From contig NC_083401.1 in NCBI RefSeq assembly GCF_020745735.1, positions 139,063,740-139,127,739 on the forward strand: a stretch of DNA of 64,000 nucleotides, given 5' to 3'. A program made the translations under genes and the position numbers. Source of the DNA: Hemiscyllium ocellatum. Its lineage: Eukaryota. Shown here piece after piece: positions 1 to 13,311 of the stretch. Below the pieces are notes generated by a model. That model made no database searches, had not been told where the DNA came from, and worked only from the letters and a program-made list of their open reading frames with translations. Positions within the stretch are counted from its first letter, which is position 1, and every line of letters begins with the position of its first letter.

Positions 1-3000
1 TTCTCCTGGCCCAGCAATGACAAAGCTGCCAGCATCCCTGTGTGGTGCTGTTGTCCCACCGTGGAGCTCTTCATTGGCGTCTGTTTCCAAGTATTCCAGT
101 GGTCCAGAAAGCAGTCTCGAGCCGGAGTGGTAGCCTCAGCCCAGCATGGCGGTCTCAAACCGACTGGGTTTTCCATCGCTCCTTAATCAGCTTTCCCCAA
201 GCTCAGGAGCCATTAACTGAATTGTGATGAACGTTGTTTTAATTTTACGTTTTTTTATTATGGATGAATTCTGTCATTGATGTAGCAGTCATGGTGGGCC
301 GACTCATTCAACGTTCTACCGCATTTTTCATGTAAAAGTACATGTGGCAATAAATTTCTATTCTATTCTATCTTATCTTGTTAAGACCAAACAGGAATGA
401 TACTCACACTATTGTTTCACGTTTCTTGTGAAGACAACTCTCTGTGATTTGTCTAATGACACATTAATTTTGCTTTTTCAATGGAATGGTTACAACTTGA
501 TTTTGCATTAAGAAATTCCCTCCCAATTAGTGATAACTCTGTCAGTAAGACCAACAGGTAATTATTATTCAGTGCAAATCAAGGATAGATATGCCGTTGT
601 TGCACATTACTATTGATGATTTTTGTAAAAAGCAATAAAGCTGTATGATTTTTTTAAGTGTACATTTTTTTCCAAAGCTTTCCTTTACTCACTAAAAAAA
701 AAACACACTTTGTTTATCATCACAGCAAACCCTGTGGTCAGGGACATCTGAACTGCTTTCCCAGTCTTTCCCTCCATCCTTGGCACCCATGCTTTTTTTG
801 TGTCTGTCTATTTCTAGTCTTTTATTAGGGGGTCAGACTTTTAACCATCAAGGTTATGTGTAGACATTTCAGAATCGTTTACCTGTAGCTAGAAACTATT
901 CATTTGTATCAAGTAGCAACATTGATAAGTCCAGAAACCTGGTCAGTGCTGTCTGTCAAACTTGGTCTAAAAGCAGATAAATTGTGGAATTTTGTACAGT
1001 TTGATGAAATATTTAACTTTGGTGATGACACCAGGATTAGGGATGGGTGATTGGTTTCCCCTAGTGAGGGTTGGCACTGTTCATTTTATCCTCTTAATTG
1101 CTTTTCATTTCTAGATCTTTCAATCGCATTGTTTAAGGAGAAATACTATTTCTCCCTTCATTGACATAGGTCCCAGAGGCCCAGATGCATGTATCATTAT
1201 CAGTTCACATTTCCAACTGCCAGAAAACCTTAAAATGAAAAATACAGGAAAATGTCTAAAGTACTCCATAACATCCCATTCCACCAAATCCTGGTCTAAT
1301 ATGTTATGCGTATATTTTATTTTGTATCCTCCTTTAATAAGTATTAAAATAACAAGTTGAATTTCTATAGCAGATTTCATGAATAAAATACGCCAAGGCA
1401 CTTACAGGACTATCATGAAGCAAAATTAGTCACAAAGTCAGATAAGGCGATGTTCAAGAAAATAATTCCAAGCATTTGTACATCACTGTTAATATCACTG
1501 TTTATCTTCTCACAAACATTGCATCACTATTTATCACCCATTCCTGATTACTCTCGCAGAGGAGATGTTATAGGCCTACTATTTGAACTGCATGCACAGG
1601 TAATGGGCACTGCAACAGTGTTGTGAGGAAGAATGTGCAGAATTTTTACCTAGCATCAGTAAAAGATTGGTGATATAGTTCAATGCCAGCATGGTACATG
1701 CCTTTCAGAGGATTGAGTGGAGTTTGGTGTTAACACATTCCTGCTGCCTTTGCTCTCCCCAGGTGGCAGAAGACCTGGTTTTGGAAAATTCTGTTGTAAG
1801 GACTTTGACAGGTTTCTATCATGTTTTATGTGGCTGGTAGAGGTGTGGCAGATGCCAAACAGCTTGTCCAAATTCTTGGGTCTCAGGGAGCATCTTAAGG
1901 AATGAGCTAGAGAGGTTTAAGGGTGGGCTGCCAGAGCTGAGGTGCTAAGGCAGTTGAAAACATAGCACCAAAGGTGGAGCTGTTAAAGTTGGCTTTGCTC
2001 AAGGCATGAGAATCAGAGGGTGGCGGGAACGAGACATTTATAGAGGTGGAGGGAAACTGTGTTGCTGCTTTGTCTGGGAACATATTTGAGCATGTCCTCA
2101 GGTTGTGAAAATGTGAGTTCTTTTTGGTTTAATATTCCAAATTAGCAGACATAAATTCTCCTCAAGATCCTTCATGCAGCAACAGACCTGGGGGTGCTCT
2201 TGCTGTGAAGACAGATCCGTTGTAGCACTATCAGGAGCACATAGTCATTCTGACCAGGCACCTTTACCACCAAATGTGTATGAGGGGAGGAAAGAGTGTA
2301 ACAAAGAGAAAAAAAGACAAGGATAAGGTGCATTCATCAAATGGAAAATAATATTAAATAATTAGGTAAAATACTGTAAATACTCCAATCGGGCAGCATC
2401 TGTAGCAGGTGATTTGGGGAGTGTTAATTACAGGAGTATGTGGATGACAAGGCTAAAACTGATATTATTCATAGAGCAATTGGAGCCCACACACTACCAG
2501 GTTGTATTCTTGCTCCAATCAATCCCTCAATCAGTGTGGTATCAACACTGATTTTTAAACTTTAACATCAAATTCCAGACACCCAGAAGCCCACCAGTGA
2601 AAAGGAAGCAAAAATAAAATAGAAATTGACAGGTCTCAATCAATTTGGGAAATCTAGCACAACACTCTCAGTGTTGCAGCTGCTTTCTTCCTTGCCAGTA
2701 GGAAAGGGTTTGTTCACTGTACTTTGATGGGAAATGACACCGTGAGTGTTCCTTCAAAACTAAGCAGTGGCTACTTAAGTGGCCCTGTCCTACTTGCCCT
2801 GCTATCTTAGCAGCAAGGGGGGTGTTCACTCCATGGATAAAGCCACTGGGTGAATCCCGGTGAAAATTCTCACTTCCCTGAAGAGGCATGAGCACAGGGT
2901 CCAGTCTTTGTGCAGCTTACTTCCAAACCGAAGCTTCTTCCTCTGTTGCTTCTAACTCTGGCCTCCTGCCAATTGAATCTTTGGATTACCCCTTTAAATA

Positions 3001-3177
3001 ATAGAGTTGTGATAGTGTTATGTCACTTTTATGATGATGCAGGAATAAAATGACAATAAAAACAAACGACTTCAAAGAAGTATCATTAAGTTCAAAACAT
3101 TAACTCCGTTTCTCTCTCCAGTGATGCTGCCAGAGCTGCTGAGTTTCTCCAGCAATTTCTGGTTCTGCTTTAATTTA

Positions 3178-3282
3178 GAGCTGAAAATGTGTTGCTGGAA
3201 AAGCGCAGCAGGTCAGGCAGCATCCAAGGAGCAGGAGAATCGATGTTTTGAGCATGAGCCCTTCTTCAGGAGGGCTGAAGAA
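3178..3282 (-). mobile_element. Short PLE-terminal element with degenerate hammerhead, nested in an older PLE-terminal remnant (~3065-3177)
   Basis: Matches the terminus of the 58 kb element. Perfect 14-bp TSD tctgctttaattta (3164-3177 and 3283-3296); hairpin ttcttcag/ctgaagaa. Confidence 0.85.
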
Positions 3283-3837
3283 TCTGCTTTAATTTAACAG
3301 ATTATTAATGATGTGTCTGCATTAGATAGTCAGTGAAAGATACAATGAACATTCTCACAGTTTTCCCTTGCAATCTTGGAATTAATAAGATTAGGACCAT
3401 GTTTCAGACTGTTGAGAAGAATGCTAAATGCTTTATGGTGAATTCTTACATGTTCTTGCTGCCACCCAGATGTTGGAACCGATGGTACTCCTACCTTTAC
3501 TTTGTTATGCTCAGTCTGATTATTTTCTTGTGTGTTACCTTCACATTTTGTGTGGCTGCATACACATATGATATCTCAAAAAGATCCACTTGCTGTGGTC
3601 TGCATTTGCACCTCACAAATACTGCCTCACACATGCAGCTTAGAGGGACACTGGCTCCCCATTGATGTACCATTTGCTACTTATGTACATGTGCTGTTAC
3701 TGTGTTTAGGGTCAGGTCTCACACAGGCTACATCCTGTCAGCTCATCATAGTTGTCAGCTTTAAATGGTCATGTCTTGTTGGAGATGATGAAGAGGGGCT
3801 AGTTCAATTGAATCTGAAGGAAAGAGTCTAAGAATCA

Positions 3838-4208
3838 TTTTTACAAGGATATTGCCAGGGTTGGAGGATTTAAGCTTTAGGGGGTGGCTGAACAAGCTGG
3901 GGCTGTTTTCCCTGGAGCGTCAGCGACTCAGGGGCATGGATAGAGTAAATAGGCAAAGTCTTTTCCCTGGGGTCGGGGAGTCCAGAACTAGAGGGCATAG
4001 GTTTGGGTTGAGAGGAAAACATATAAAAGAGACCTACGGGGCAACTTTTTCACACAGAGGGTGGTAAGTGTATGGAATGAGCTGCCAGAGGAAGTGGTGG
4101 AGGGCCAGGTGCTGGCAGCTGGGACTAGATTGGGTTGGGATATCTGGTCGGCATGGACAGGTTGGACTGAAGGGTCTGTTTCCTTGCAGTACATCTCTAT
4201 GACTCTGT
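3838..4208 (+). mobile_element. CR1/HER1 LINE 3' fragment
   Basis: LGLFSLERQRLRG motif; tail catctctatgactctg. Confidence 0.88.
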
Positions 4209-5541
4209 GATAGAAGTACCATTAGACACAAGTGATCCAAAGGCTTTGTTGAGACATAGTGATATTTTAGAACGGAAAGCCTAACGTGACTTAACATATT
4301 TGTAAACATTACATGAACTATGTACCAGTCACTTTCTAATGGTGAGCATACCCTTTTAAAGGAGGTATCATATTATTACGTATTGTAAAGTAGAATCTCA
4401 TTATAATTCACAATATATTTCTCCACATAATTGAATGTCACTTATTTCCCAACCTGTACAAGTGTAGGTCAGATTAAATCTTGGAAATCTGTCACAAGCT
4501 TCAGAGACAAGGTTCCAAATGAATGGAAAGGTCATCTTTATGATAAAATGATCGCATCCTACCATTGAGCAGGGTCGAAGGTTATCAGGAACAAATCAAA
4601 ACTACTAATTAGGGTTTTGGTGTTTTGCTGCAGGTATAACCTCTCATCTTTCAGTGCTAAATGGTATGATTGACTTTGAAATTCTCTTCACACAGAGATC
4701 CATTTTTTAAAACTGTTACATAAAGAAATTGGACATATTAGCATTAGCTTAAAATTGCATCTTATGAACTGAATTGAATGACTTATTGTCACTTGCATCT
4801 TATAGTGTGTAATACAGTAAAATACAGTGAAAAGCTTCAACTGTGGCCACAATCTGAGGCCATTTTGAATAGTTTAAATATGAAAAGAATAAAATGACAT
4901 AGCTGAAAGAGAGAGTATCTTCGTTTCGCCACCTCTGGAATGAATCCTAGCCAGCTCACTAATGACATCTGCACCTCCACTCCCTCACTGCCACTTGCAT
5001 TATTCCCACCAAACAGGACTCACCACTGTTTAAGTGCCATCTCTTTGTCACTTGGCCCACCTTGTCCATGGGCTGGTCTTGCTGGGTCTCATGCAGGACC
5101 CTCACTTGCCCCACTCTCCTGCCTCAACGATAACCAGAAGTCCCACTTCAGGCCTGCCATGACCGTGGATGGTCAGATATTTGTCCAAAATTAGAATTAA
5201 ATCATGTGATGTTGGTCACGTTTAGTCACATTAGGAAAGAGATAATTTAAAAGGTTTCTTACATTCATATTTAATTAACTATTCTAAACTGCAAGTTGTT
5301 TCTAATAGTTAAACTGTGACGAGTTTATATTAAATTATCAGTGTATATTAAATTAAAGAGTATATTAAATTATCAGTGTTCAAGATCCATATCATGTAAA
5401 GGAATCCATCATAAATGAGCCTTCAGGCTTTTCTCCCCGCTTTCTTTGATATTTTTCATCCTGTAGGTGAGGTCTCCTTGTTTCCAATAGTCCCAGTTCC
5501 CTGGGAAGAAGGCGTGAAAAATGACAGTTGATTGATCTTAG

Positions 5542-5665
5542 ACAAAAAGTGTGGCGCTGGAAAAGCACAGCCAGTCAGGCAGCCTCCAGGAGCAGGGGAG
5601 TCAATGTTTCGGGTACGTGCTTTTCGACTCTGATCTCCAGAACCTACCGTCCACACTTTCTCCCG
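5542..5665 (+). mobile_element. Short fold-back PLE-terminal element, centre deleted
   Basis: Inverted arm plus tail gatctccagaacctaccgtccacactttctcc. 15-bp TSD gttgattga(t/c)cttag (5527-5541 and 5666-5680). Confidence 0.8.
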
Positions 5666-6764
5666 GTTGATTGACCTTAGTTGGGCAAGAGTCAAATAAT
5701 GAGTTTCTTTCTGGTGAGATAAAGTTTTGCAATGAAATTGTCCATTCTCAAGAGGAGGATAGACCTGCCTGACTACAGGACTCACGAAGTTTATTTATGC
5801 TATAGCAGCTTATTGAAAAAGCGACTCACTGGAATTAAGTGAGATTCCCAATCTAACTTACTTTGTCAAGAGATGACCAGGCAGGAAGAGGGAGAATGGC
5901 AAGTCACCTCAAAAGGGTGCCCTATCATGAAGCTCCCAGAATGCTCCTCAGCCCTGTGGGCACCTGATCATATTTCCCTGACTCATTGAGATTTGATAGC
6001 ATGAGGTTGCTTTCCCTACCCTTATTATCCATACTGGGAATCCGTGGCTATAGCACTCAATTACAGTTTATCCAGCAGCCAGAGTGTTCCTTAGGGCCTG
6101 GGGGTCAAAGATGTCTGGCACCCTTTATTATGGAGGCAGCCATGTGCTCACATGCCTCCTTCATCTTTCACTCAAATCCAGTGAGGGGCTTGGACAGCAC
6201 TGTCTGATGATCCCCAGATTGGCTTTGCAGTGTAACATGCAGATTATGGCCAAAGATGCACAGGACTCAGTAGAATGCCTCATTTCACAGTAGGCTAATG
6301 ACTTTCAGAGACCTTATGCATGCATCCTCAAGGGGCAGTGGGCCCTTGTCAGTGATGCACTTACTGGACTGTAATCCCAAACCTACTCGTAGTGGACCCA
6401 GTAAAGTAGATGTTTCTCTGTTGTGGAGAGTGAAGACAACCAACCACGCCAATAAAATCTATCAGGTTTTGGAGACAGCATCCTCAGAGGTGATATTAAT
6501 GATGGAAGATCATTCTTGTTGCTCCAGCTTTGCAAGGATGGTCATGAGCCTCCTCACCAGCTCTGCAGCCTATTCTTTACAAGGAGTGAGGATTCATTTC
6601 TCTGGCACCCCTCTGCTGTCCTCAGCCCACTCATCCTGTTGTGGGCTGCCTTTTCTTGTAAACAGAGAAGGATTGATTGTGATTGCAGTGGGGGCAGGAG
6701 CATGCACAGCCACGGCAGATTGTGAACCCTCCCTTTGTTCCCAAACACAATCAGTGGTTTCGCC

Positions 6765-8420
6765 TCCACAGCCTTCCAAGGTAGAGAATTCCACACTTAA
6801 CCATCCTCTGAATGAAAATAGTTCTCCTTAAACTGAGTTGGAAATGTGCGACTAGGAATCCTGAGACTGTGACCCTTTGTTCTGGAGCCCCTTGCTAAAG
6901 AAATCATCATTGTTGTATCCAGTGTGTCCGCCCTGTCTGAATTTGATACATTTCACATCTCCTCTCATTTTTCTAAAGTCCACTGACTATAGGCCTGGTC
7001 AAACCAATCTCTCCTCATACAACAAACTTTCCATCTCTAGTACCAGTTTGGTGAACCTTTGCTGCACTCCCTCTATTCTTAGGTATAAGACCAAAACTGC
7101 ACACTGCAATGTCTCACCAAGGCCTTGTACAACACCAAAAAGATTCTTTTGCTCCTGCAGTCAAACTCACTAGAAATGAAAGTAGTGAGCTATTTGCCTT
7201 CCTAACTGCTTTACAAAACTGTATGCTAGCTGTCAGTGTCTGATATACAAGGACATCCAGGTACCTTTATACATCAACATTGCCTAATATCCCACTGTTT
7301 AAATAGTATTCTGCTGTTTATCAGTCATGCATTTTTCCAATCACACAACTTGTCTAAATTGCCCTGAAGTGACTTCAAGACTTCCTCCTTATTCACAATC
7401 CCTCCTAATTCTGCCAAATTGACAAACTTGGAGATAGTACACTTGATTTCTTCATCCAAATTGTTAATAAATTCTGAATAGTTAGGGTCCAGGCACTAAT
7501 CCCTGTAATACCCAACTTGTCACTGCCTTCCACTCTGAAAATGATACATCTATTCCTACATTGTTTCCTGTCTGCTAATGAATTCTCAATTTACTTTGAA
7601 TAATAGCCTCCGATGTTTCTCAAATTTATCAAAACCTTTCTAAAAGTCAATTTTACTATTTACACTTGCTCCCTCCATCTGTTCTACTAGTTATGTCTTC
7701 ATTAAAAAGCTCCAGTAGTTCTGTCAAGAATGATTTCTCTTTCATAAATTCATGTTGATTTTGTGTGACTATGTTAATATTATCTAACTGCCTTGTTATT
7801 ACTTCTGTTAACTAGACTCCAGCATTTTCTTTGCTACTGATATTAGGCTAACCAGTTTGTAATTCTTGGTTTTCTCTCTTCCTTCCTTTTTAAACAGCAT
7901 TGCTACATTTACCACATCCAATCAGTCAGGAATTTTTCAGAACCTACAGAATTTTAGAATGCCTGCATATTTCCACGGACAGCTCCTTTAGTAACCTGGG
8001 ATGTAAGTTATCATGTCCTAGGGATTTTCAACTTTCAGTTCCATTAATTTTACAAGCCGTATTTTTTTACTAATTTTAATCAATTCTTCTTTTCATATAC
8101 TCTTGCTTTCTAGAAATACTGGAAAATTATTTGTTTTGTCTTCTCTGAGGACTGAAGTTGTTACTTAATCACGCTCCGACTGCTTTGTTCGCCATTAACA
8201 ATTCTCCAGTTTTGGACAGATCTTCCTTTTCTAAATTCTATGCTACTTCTAATTTTCAGGCTTGCTATTTTTTCCAGCATCTTTATGACTCCCCTTTGGA
8301 TCTAGTACTATTCTCAATTTCTTTTGTTAACCATGGTTGGACTACTTTTCCTGTTATATTCTTTTGCCTGAAATGAATATTAACTGTTGCAACTCATGCA
8401 TTTGTTCATTAATCTACCAT
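6765..8420 (-). mobile_element. Old degraded CR1-type LINE
   Basis: Reverse-strand similarity to the CR1 ORF2 RT and C-terminal regions; many stops. Confidence 0.65.
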
Positions 8421-8544
8421 TAACTATACACTTTTCTGTCTTTTAATAAAGTTACTTAGCCTATTGCAGCTAACTCACCCCTTCATGGTTTCGTTTTGCA
8501 TCAGGTAGAAGGGCCAAGTGGATGATTCATCTCAGTCTCCTCCA

Positions 8545-9150
8545 AGGGTCCCCAACATCACAGAATCCAATATTCAGCCAATTCTATTCACTCAGCACAA
8601 TATCAAGAAATGGCTGAGTGCACTGGATACTTCAAAGGCTAGGGGGCTGTGATAAAATTTCAGTAATAGTATTTAATGCTTGCACTCTGGAACTAGCCAT
8701 GATCCTAGCGAAGTTGCTTTGCTACAGTTACAACATTGGCATCTCCCCAGCAATATGGAAAATCTCCCAGCATGTCCTGCCCCCATAAACAGGGTCAAAA
8801 CCAACTAAACAGTTGCTGTCTTATAAGCCTGCTCTCGAGCATCAGTAAAGTGATGGAAGCAGTCATCAGCAGTGCTATCAGTGCAATGCCAACTTGCTCA
8901 GGGACACCCAGTTTGGAGGGTGACTCAGTTCCTGTGACGTCGGTGTAGCAATCTTAGTCATTCTCTGTCATTGAGTTAGAATCACAGAACTACTTTTCTA
9001 ATGGGATAATGGGTGTATCTACATCCCAAGGATTGTAATGACTCGAGTCAACTGCTTATCACCAACTTCTCTTTGGCAATTAAAAATGGGCAAGAATAAA
9101 TGCTAGCCTCACCAGTAATGCCCACATCTTATAAATGAGTGAAATAAAAG
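8545..9150 (+). mobile_element. Degraded non-LTR LINE (RT start plus 3' end, second LINE family)
   Basis: ISLLSSISKVME RT motif; 3' end shared with the 39640-40325 copy (atgcccacatc...aataaaa). Confidence 0.65.
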
Positions 9151-9502
9151 TTACAAAGCAAAGTATTTTCAGTTGATGAACAAATATTTCATCTCCTTGT
9201 ATTAATTTAACAAAGTACTCAGCTATTTACATTGTTAGGTTATGCAAGTAGAACAGTTGTGATCTCATTACTTTGTTTCCTTCTCTCTGCTGGTGTCTAA
9301 CTATGTTTTCAAGACTGTTTCTGGTTTTAAGATACAATCCTTTAAATCTTCATGATGTCGCTTTCTAGCAACATAATAGGCCACAATAACTTCCTATATA
9401 AGACCTTCCCCAAAACTCAGATTTTTTTCTGCAGTAGTTTTTTTTTAAAATAGCTTTCTTGCGATGTTTTCACTCTTTGAGCACTGCCATAAAATCAAGG
9501 AT

Positions 9503-9739
9503 CACAAAAACAGTAGTTGATGAAAAACCTGAGCAGGTCTAGCAGCATCCATGGAGAGCAATCAGAGTTAATGTTTCAAGTCTTGTAACCCTTCCTCAGA
9601 AGTGGGGCAGTTCTGAGGAAGGGTCACTGGACCTGAAATGTTATGTCTAGTTTCTCTCCACAGATACTGCCGACCTGTTGAGCTTTTCCAGCAATTTCTG
9701 CTTTTGATTCTGATTTACAGCATTTGCAGTTCTTTCAGT
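9503..9739 (+). mobile_element. Short palindromic PLE-derived element with hammerheads in both arms (second family)
   Basis: Inverted arms of ~100 bp around a 9-nt spacer; AGUU-CUGAGGA-A-GGGUC(ACUG)GACCU-GAAAUGUU at 9609-9642; unpaired tail; degenerate 13-bp TSD taaaatcaaggat/tacaattaaggat. Confidence 0.85.
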
Positions 9740-9801
9740 TACAATTAAGGATTATCTATTTTTCTGCTTACAATTCCTGGCTCCTCTCATTTCTGAAATA
9801 G

Positions 9802-9861
9802 AAGTATTGGTGAAGGATCCCTGGGTGTTGTTAGAAACAGCCTTGAAAGAATCACTAGTAG
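9802..9861 (+). CDS. Candidate internal exon of an unidentified plus-strand gene
   Basis: Pyrimidine tract then TAG, 60 bp open in phase 1-1 (EVLVKDPWVLLETALKESLVG), GTACGT donor. No homology recognised. Confidence 0.3.
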
Positions 9862-9977
9862 GTACGTTAGCTGAATCATTGCTGCTTGATTTGCACTTTG
9901 ATGATCTGTTTCTCCCTGTCTGCGCAGCATTTTCTATGGAATGTCAAATTGCATCACATCACCGATCTCTTTCCAAC

Positions 9978-10144
9978 TCAATTATCCGGCATTCGATTAT
10001 CCGAATATCAGCTTATTGGGCACGATTGCAAGGTCCTGATGCTTAGCTAAACTATGTTATCTGGCAGCCGATTATCTGGAATTCGATTAACCAAATGAAA
10101 TACTCCCTGTCCCGTGTCCTTTGGATAATCGAGGTTCTTCTGTA
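9978..10144. mobile_element. Tc1/pogo (Tigger-like) DNA transposon or MITE end
   Basis: Ends ggataatcgaggttcttctg-TA (TIR of the CAGTAGAACCTCGATTATCC type) with repeated subterminal (g)attatccg motifs. Only one TIR is visible. Confidence 0.6.
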
Positions 10145-11814
10145 CATAAGGTGATGGATATGCAGCAAATCTCATGGGGATTGGGTAGATTTACCTGATG
10201 CACTTTTGCTGATGATTGAAGTGACCCTTTCTTGAGAAGCAGATTCTGAAACATGAGCTGCATGCAAATTGACTATCGGGCCTCATTGTAGGTTGTTGGT
10301 TTCAATGTTATCAGCCGGTTTCAGGCCAGTGTAGCCACTGATGGTCATGGTAATGCCTATCTCAGTATGACTTTTCACCATCATTTGGCTGGTACCTTCC
10401 AGATGTGAATATTGATGCTTAAAGCCTTCATGTCCCACTGACAAACATCCTGGAATGGCACTTTGGGCATCCTACAGGTCTTCTCACTCTGGCTATGTTA
10501 TCATTGGAGAAAATCCTTGGGAATTCATTCCTGTTCCATGCTGCATATGTGCCCAAGTCAGCAATGCCACCTCCCTTCTTGATCAGTGCTCGCATATCGT
10601 GGACGATTTGCCTTTCAGAGGAGTGTTACATTCATGTTGTTGTCCTTCCTTGAGTTGCAGACAAAACATCACAAACAACAAAAGTGAAAATTGTTGAGTT
10701 TCTTTTCCTGATGGCTGGAAGTTAACTTAGAATCATATAGTACAGAAGAGTCCCTTCTGCTCATCGAGTCTGTACCTCCATCTTGCCTATCTTTTACAAC
10801 TACAGAATATTGAGTACATAGCCTTCAGTATCATGCTCCTAGGAGGTAGCCTGATGCACTTTTGTACACTTCTTGTGAATCAGCTAAAGGTGGGAGCCAC
10901 TTATCCTTTGCAAGTTTCAAGTTCTGCATCAAGAAATAGTTTATCAGTCATTTATCAGAGATAGCAAAATTTATTGTGGACTTTGTCTGAAAGTGTTGCT
11001 TAATGTGATCAAGATATGATACACTGCCTCATAGTCATGATTTTCTTGGCACTTACAGTTAAGGGAACTTAAAATACAGTCATGAGAAAGACAACCCATG
11101 AGACTTGTAGCTGAGTTTCCATGTATGCAACAAGCATAACATCTTCAATGTAGCAGAGTCCTCTGACCGAGATATACTATATATTTGTCTTTACTCTTAC
11201 TCTGGACAGATTATAAAGCTTGCTATCTGACACACTATGCAAGGGAACTCCTATATTTATTGGGAGGTTAAGGGTCACAATTGTGAAGAAGAGAATAACT
11301 TGAAGGTGGGGTTGGGATGTTGCTCTGTTTTACTCCATTCTTTACCCCGAATCTGCCAGAAGTGTTGCTGTTAAACTGTCCTGAGTTAAACTGTCCTGAG
11401 CAATGGATGTTATCATGGAGCAAGCAGATTCAACTAAGGAACTACGGTGAGCCATCATTTTGTTCCAAAACTTGGTATGTGCATCCCCAGCAATGATATT
11501 TTTTAAAATTCATTTATTGAGTGGTAACTATCATTGGCTGTCACATTATTCATTGTTCATCACTAACTATTCTTGAGAAGGTGGTGGTAAGCTGACTGGC
11601 CAAGCCTTTAGTGGAATTTATGGAAATAAGAAAAAGATATACTGCAAACCCCATGTTCACTGTAGGTTAACCAACGTGGAAGTACATTGGATTCACACAA
11701 TATCCTTTAAGCATTACTCCGCTAAAGATTTTCCCAGTGATGCTGAGGATGGAGATGCCCCTATAGTTCTTGCACTCATCTCTGACACCTTTGTTTATCT
11801 CTGACATTGTATAA

Positions 11815-11938
11815 ATGTATGGATGAAAATGGAATAGTATAGGTCAGATGGGCTTCAGACTGGTTCCACAGGTCAGTGCAACATCGAGGGCCGAAGGACC
11901 TGTACTATGCTGTTATGTTCTATGTTCTATATGTTCTG
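11815..11938 (+). mobile_element. CR1 LINE 3' end
   Basis: gggccgaaggacctgtactatgctgttatgttctatgttctat tail. Confidence 0.75.
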
Positions 11939-12194
11939 TTGTGATTTTTGTGATTTGCATGTCCTGTGGTAGGAATCCTACTCTCCAAGAAAAAGCCATG
12001 AAGGACTGATGGGATTATCTGTGCTTGGGTAGTTCAGCTGGAAGTTCATTCTTGCTGTGTTTGCTTCTGCTTGCTAAGAGATCACTGGCCTTTACAATCT
12101 CAAGTAATTAGACCTCTGTGTTCAAATCAGCCGTGGCAAAAAGTGATGGAAAAGTGTTACATACAGGCAGAAGATCTCTGCCCGCTAGCAGAAT

Positions 12195-12465
12195 AGGGCA
12201 GATGGTGGCATAGTGAGTTAGCACTGCTGCCTCAAAGCACCAGGAACCTGCGTTCAATTCCACCCTCAGGTGACTGTCTGTGTGGAGTTTGCACATTTTC
12301 CTACCCCCACCCTCCTTGTGTTTGCATGTGTTTCCTCTGGGTGCTCTGGTTTCCCACACTCCAAAGATGTGCAGGTTAGGTGGGTTAGACATGGCAAAAG
12401 CTTCCGCTCTTCAGAGGATCAGTGCAGACTTAATGGGCTGAACATTCTGTTTCTGTAGGCACTGT
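12195..12465 (+). mobile_element. HE1-like tRNA SINE
   Basis: tRNA-like head plus the gtgtggagtttgcacatt...ccaaagatgtgcaggttagg core. Confidence 0.85.
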
Positions 12466-12503
12466 AGGCATTCTAACATTCATAATGATGTTCAACCCAA
12501 CAG

Positions 12504-12787
12504 GACTTCTGTTGCTGAGTATTTTCCAATTTCAGGGGAACAAATTTGATAATGATAGTTCCAAACAGCACTTTGATCCTGTACATGTGGATACATCTAC
12601 CAGCCCTAACATTCTGATAGAAAGAGTAACTCTGATAAGTAAAACATTTAGTCTCCACAATAACAGCCCAAATCTGAGTTTTCCTGAAGGCCGGATCGTC
12701 CCAGAACAGTTCTGCGAGGTGACTACAAGATCACAGAATTTAAGGGATCACTGTGTGAAAAATAGAGAAGGAAAATCTACATTATAG
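12504..12787 (+). CDS. Candidate exon of an unidentified plus-strand gene
   Basis: Branch-like TTCTAAC ~30 nt upstream of a CAG at 12501-12503; 94 open codons in non-repeat sequence. Ends either at GAG|GTGACT (12718) or at the stop (12787). Confidence 0.3.
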
Positions 12788-13311
12788 TACATGATTTATC
12801 AGCAGACTTCCACATTGCTTTGGTTCTTGATGTTTGATTTTTTTTGATGCGTATTCATATTTCAAGTGAAGGTTAGCAAGACTAGAAAATAAATGAGAAA
12901 ATGCTTATGAGGTTATAATACTTGTAGAGGGCAAACTTATTATTTCTAAATAACCTTGCTAAATATGACTAAATGTCACAGAGTAAATTGAGATTGAAAA
13001 CCTTTTTAAACATGTGTACCATAACAATTTTTCACTGCATACAGCATCAAAGAATAAGTCTGCAACTTTCTTAAATGGCTTAGCCGTGTTGTCATTATAT
13101 TCTCCTGCCGTCAAACAGCTCAGTGTGGAAACAGAAACAGTAATGACTCATAAATTAAATAAATCAGAAAAAGTGAAATCAGACCTTTTTGCTTCAAAGC
13201 AAGATAGGATAAAATTGCTCAACCATTAAAGCAAAGCTTTTGTCTATACATCATGAGTTTTGTATTATATGTGTAAATTGATGAGAACTGCAACTCTTTG
13301 TAGAAGCTTCA

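Noticed and set aside
5325-5380. Short tandem duplications (also 11370-11400)
   Set aside because: Ordinary slippage duplications of 15-20 bp.
6298-6831. 177-aa ORF
   Set aside because: No recognisable domain or splice context; it runs into a LINE remnant.
9978-10095. Spaced attatccg repeats resembling a CRISPR-like array
   Set aside because: Irregular short subterminal repeats of a Tigger-like element in a eukaryotic genome.
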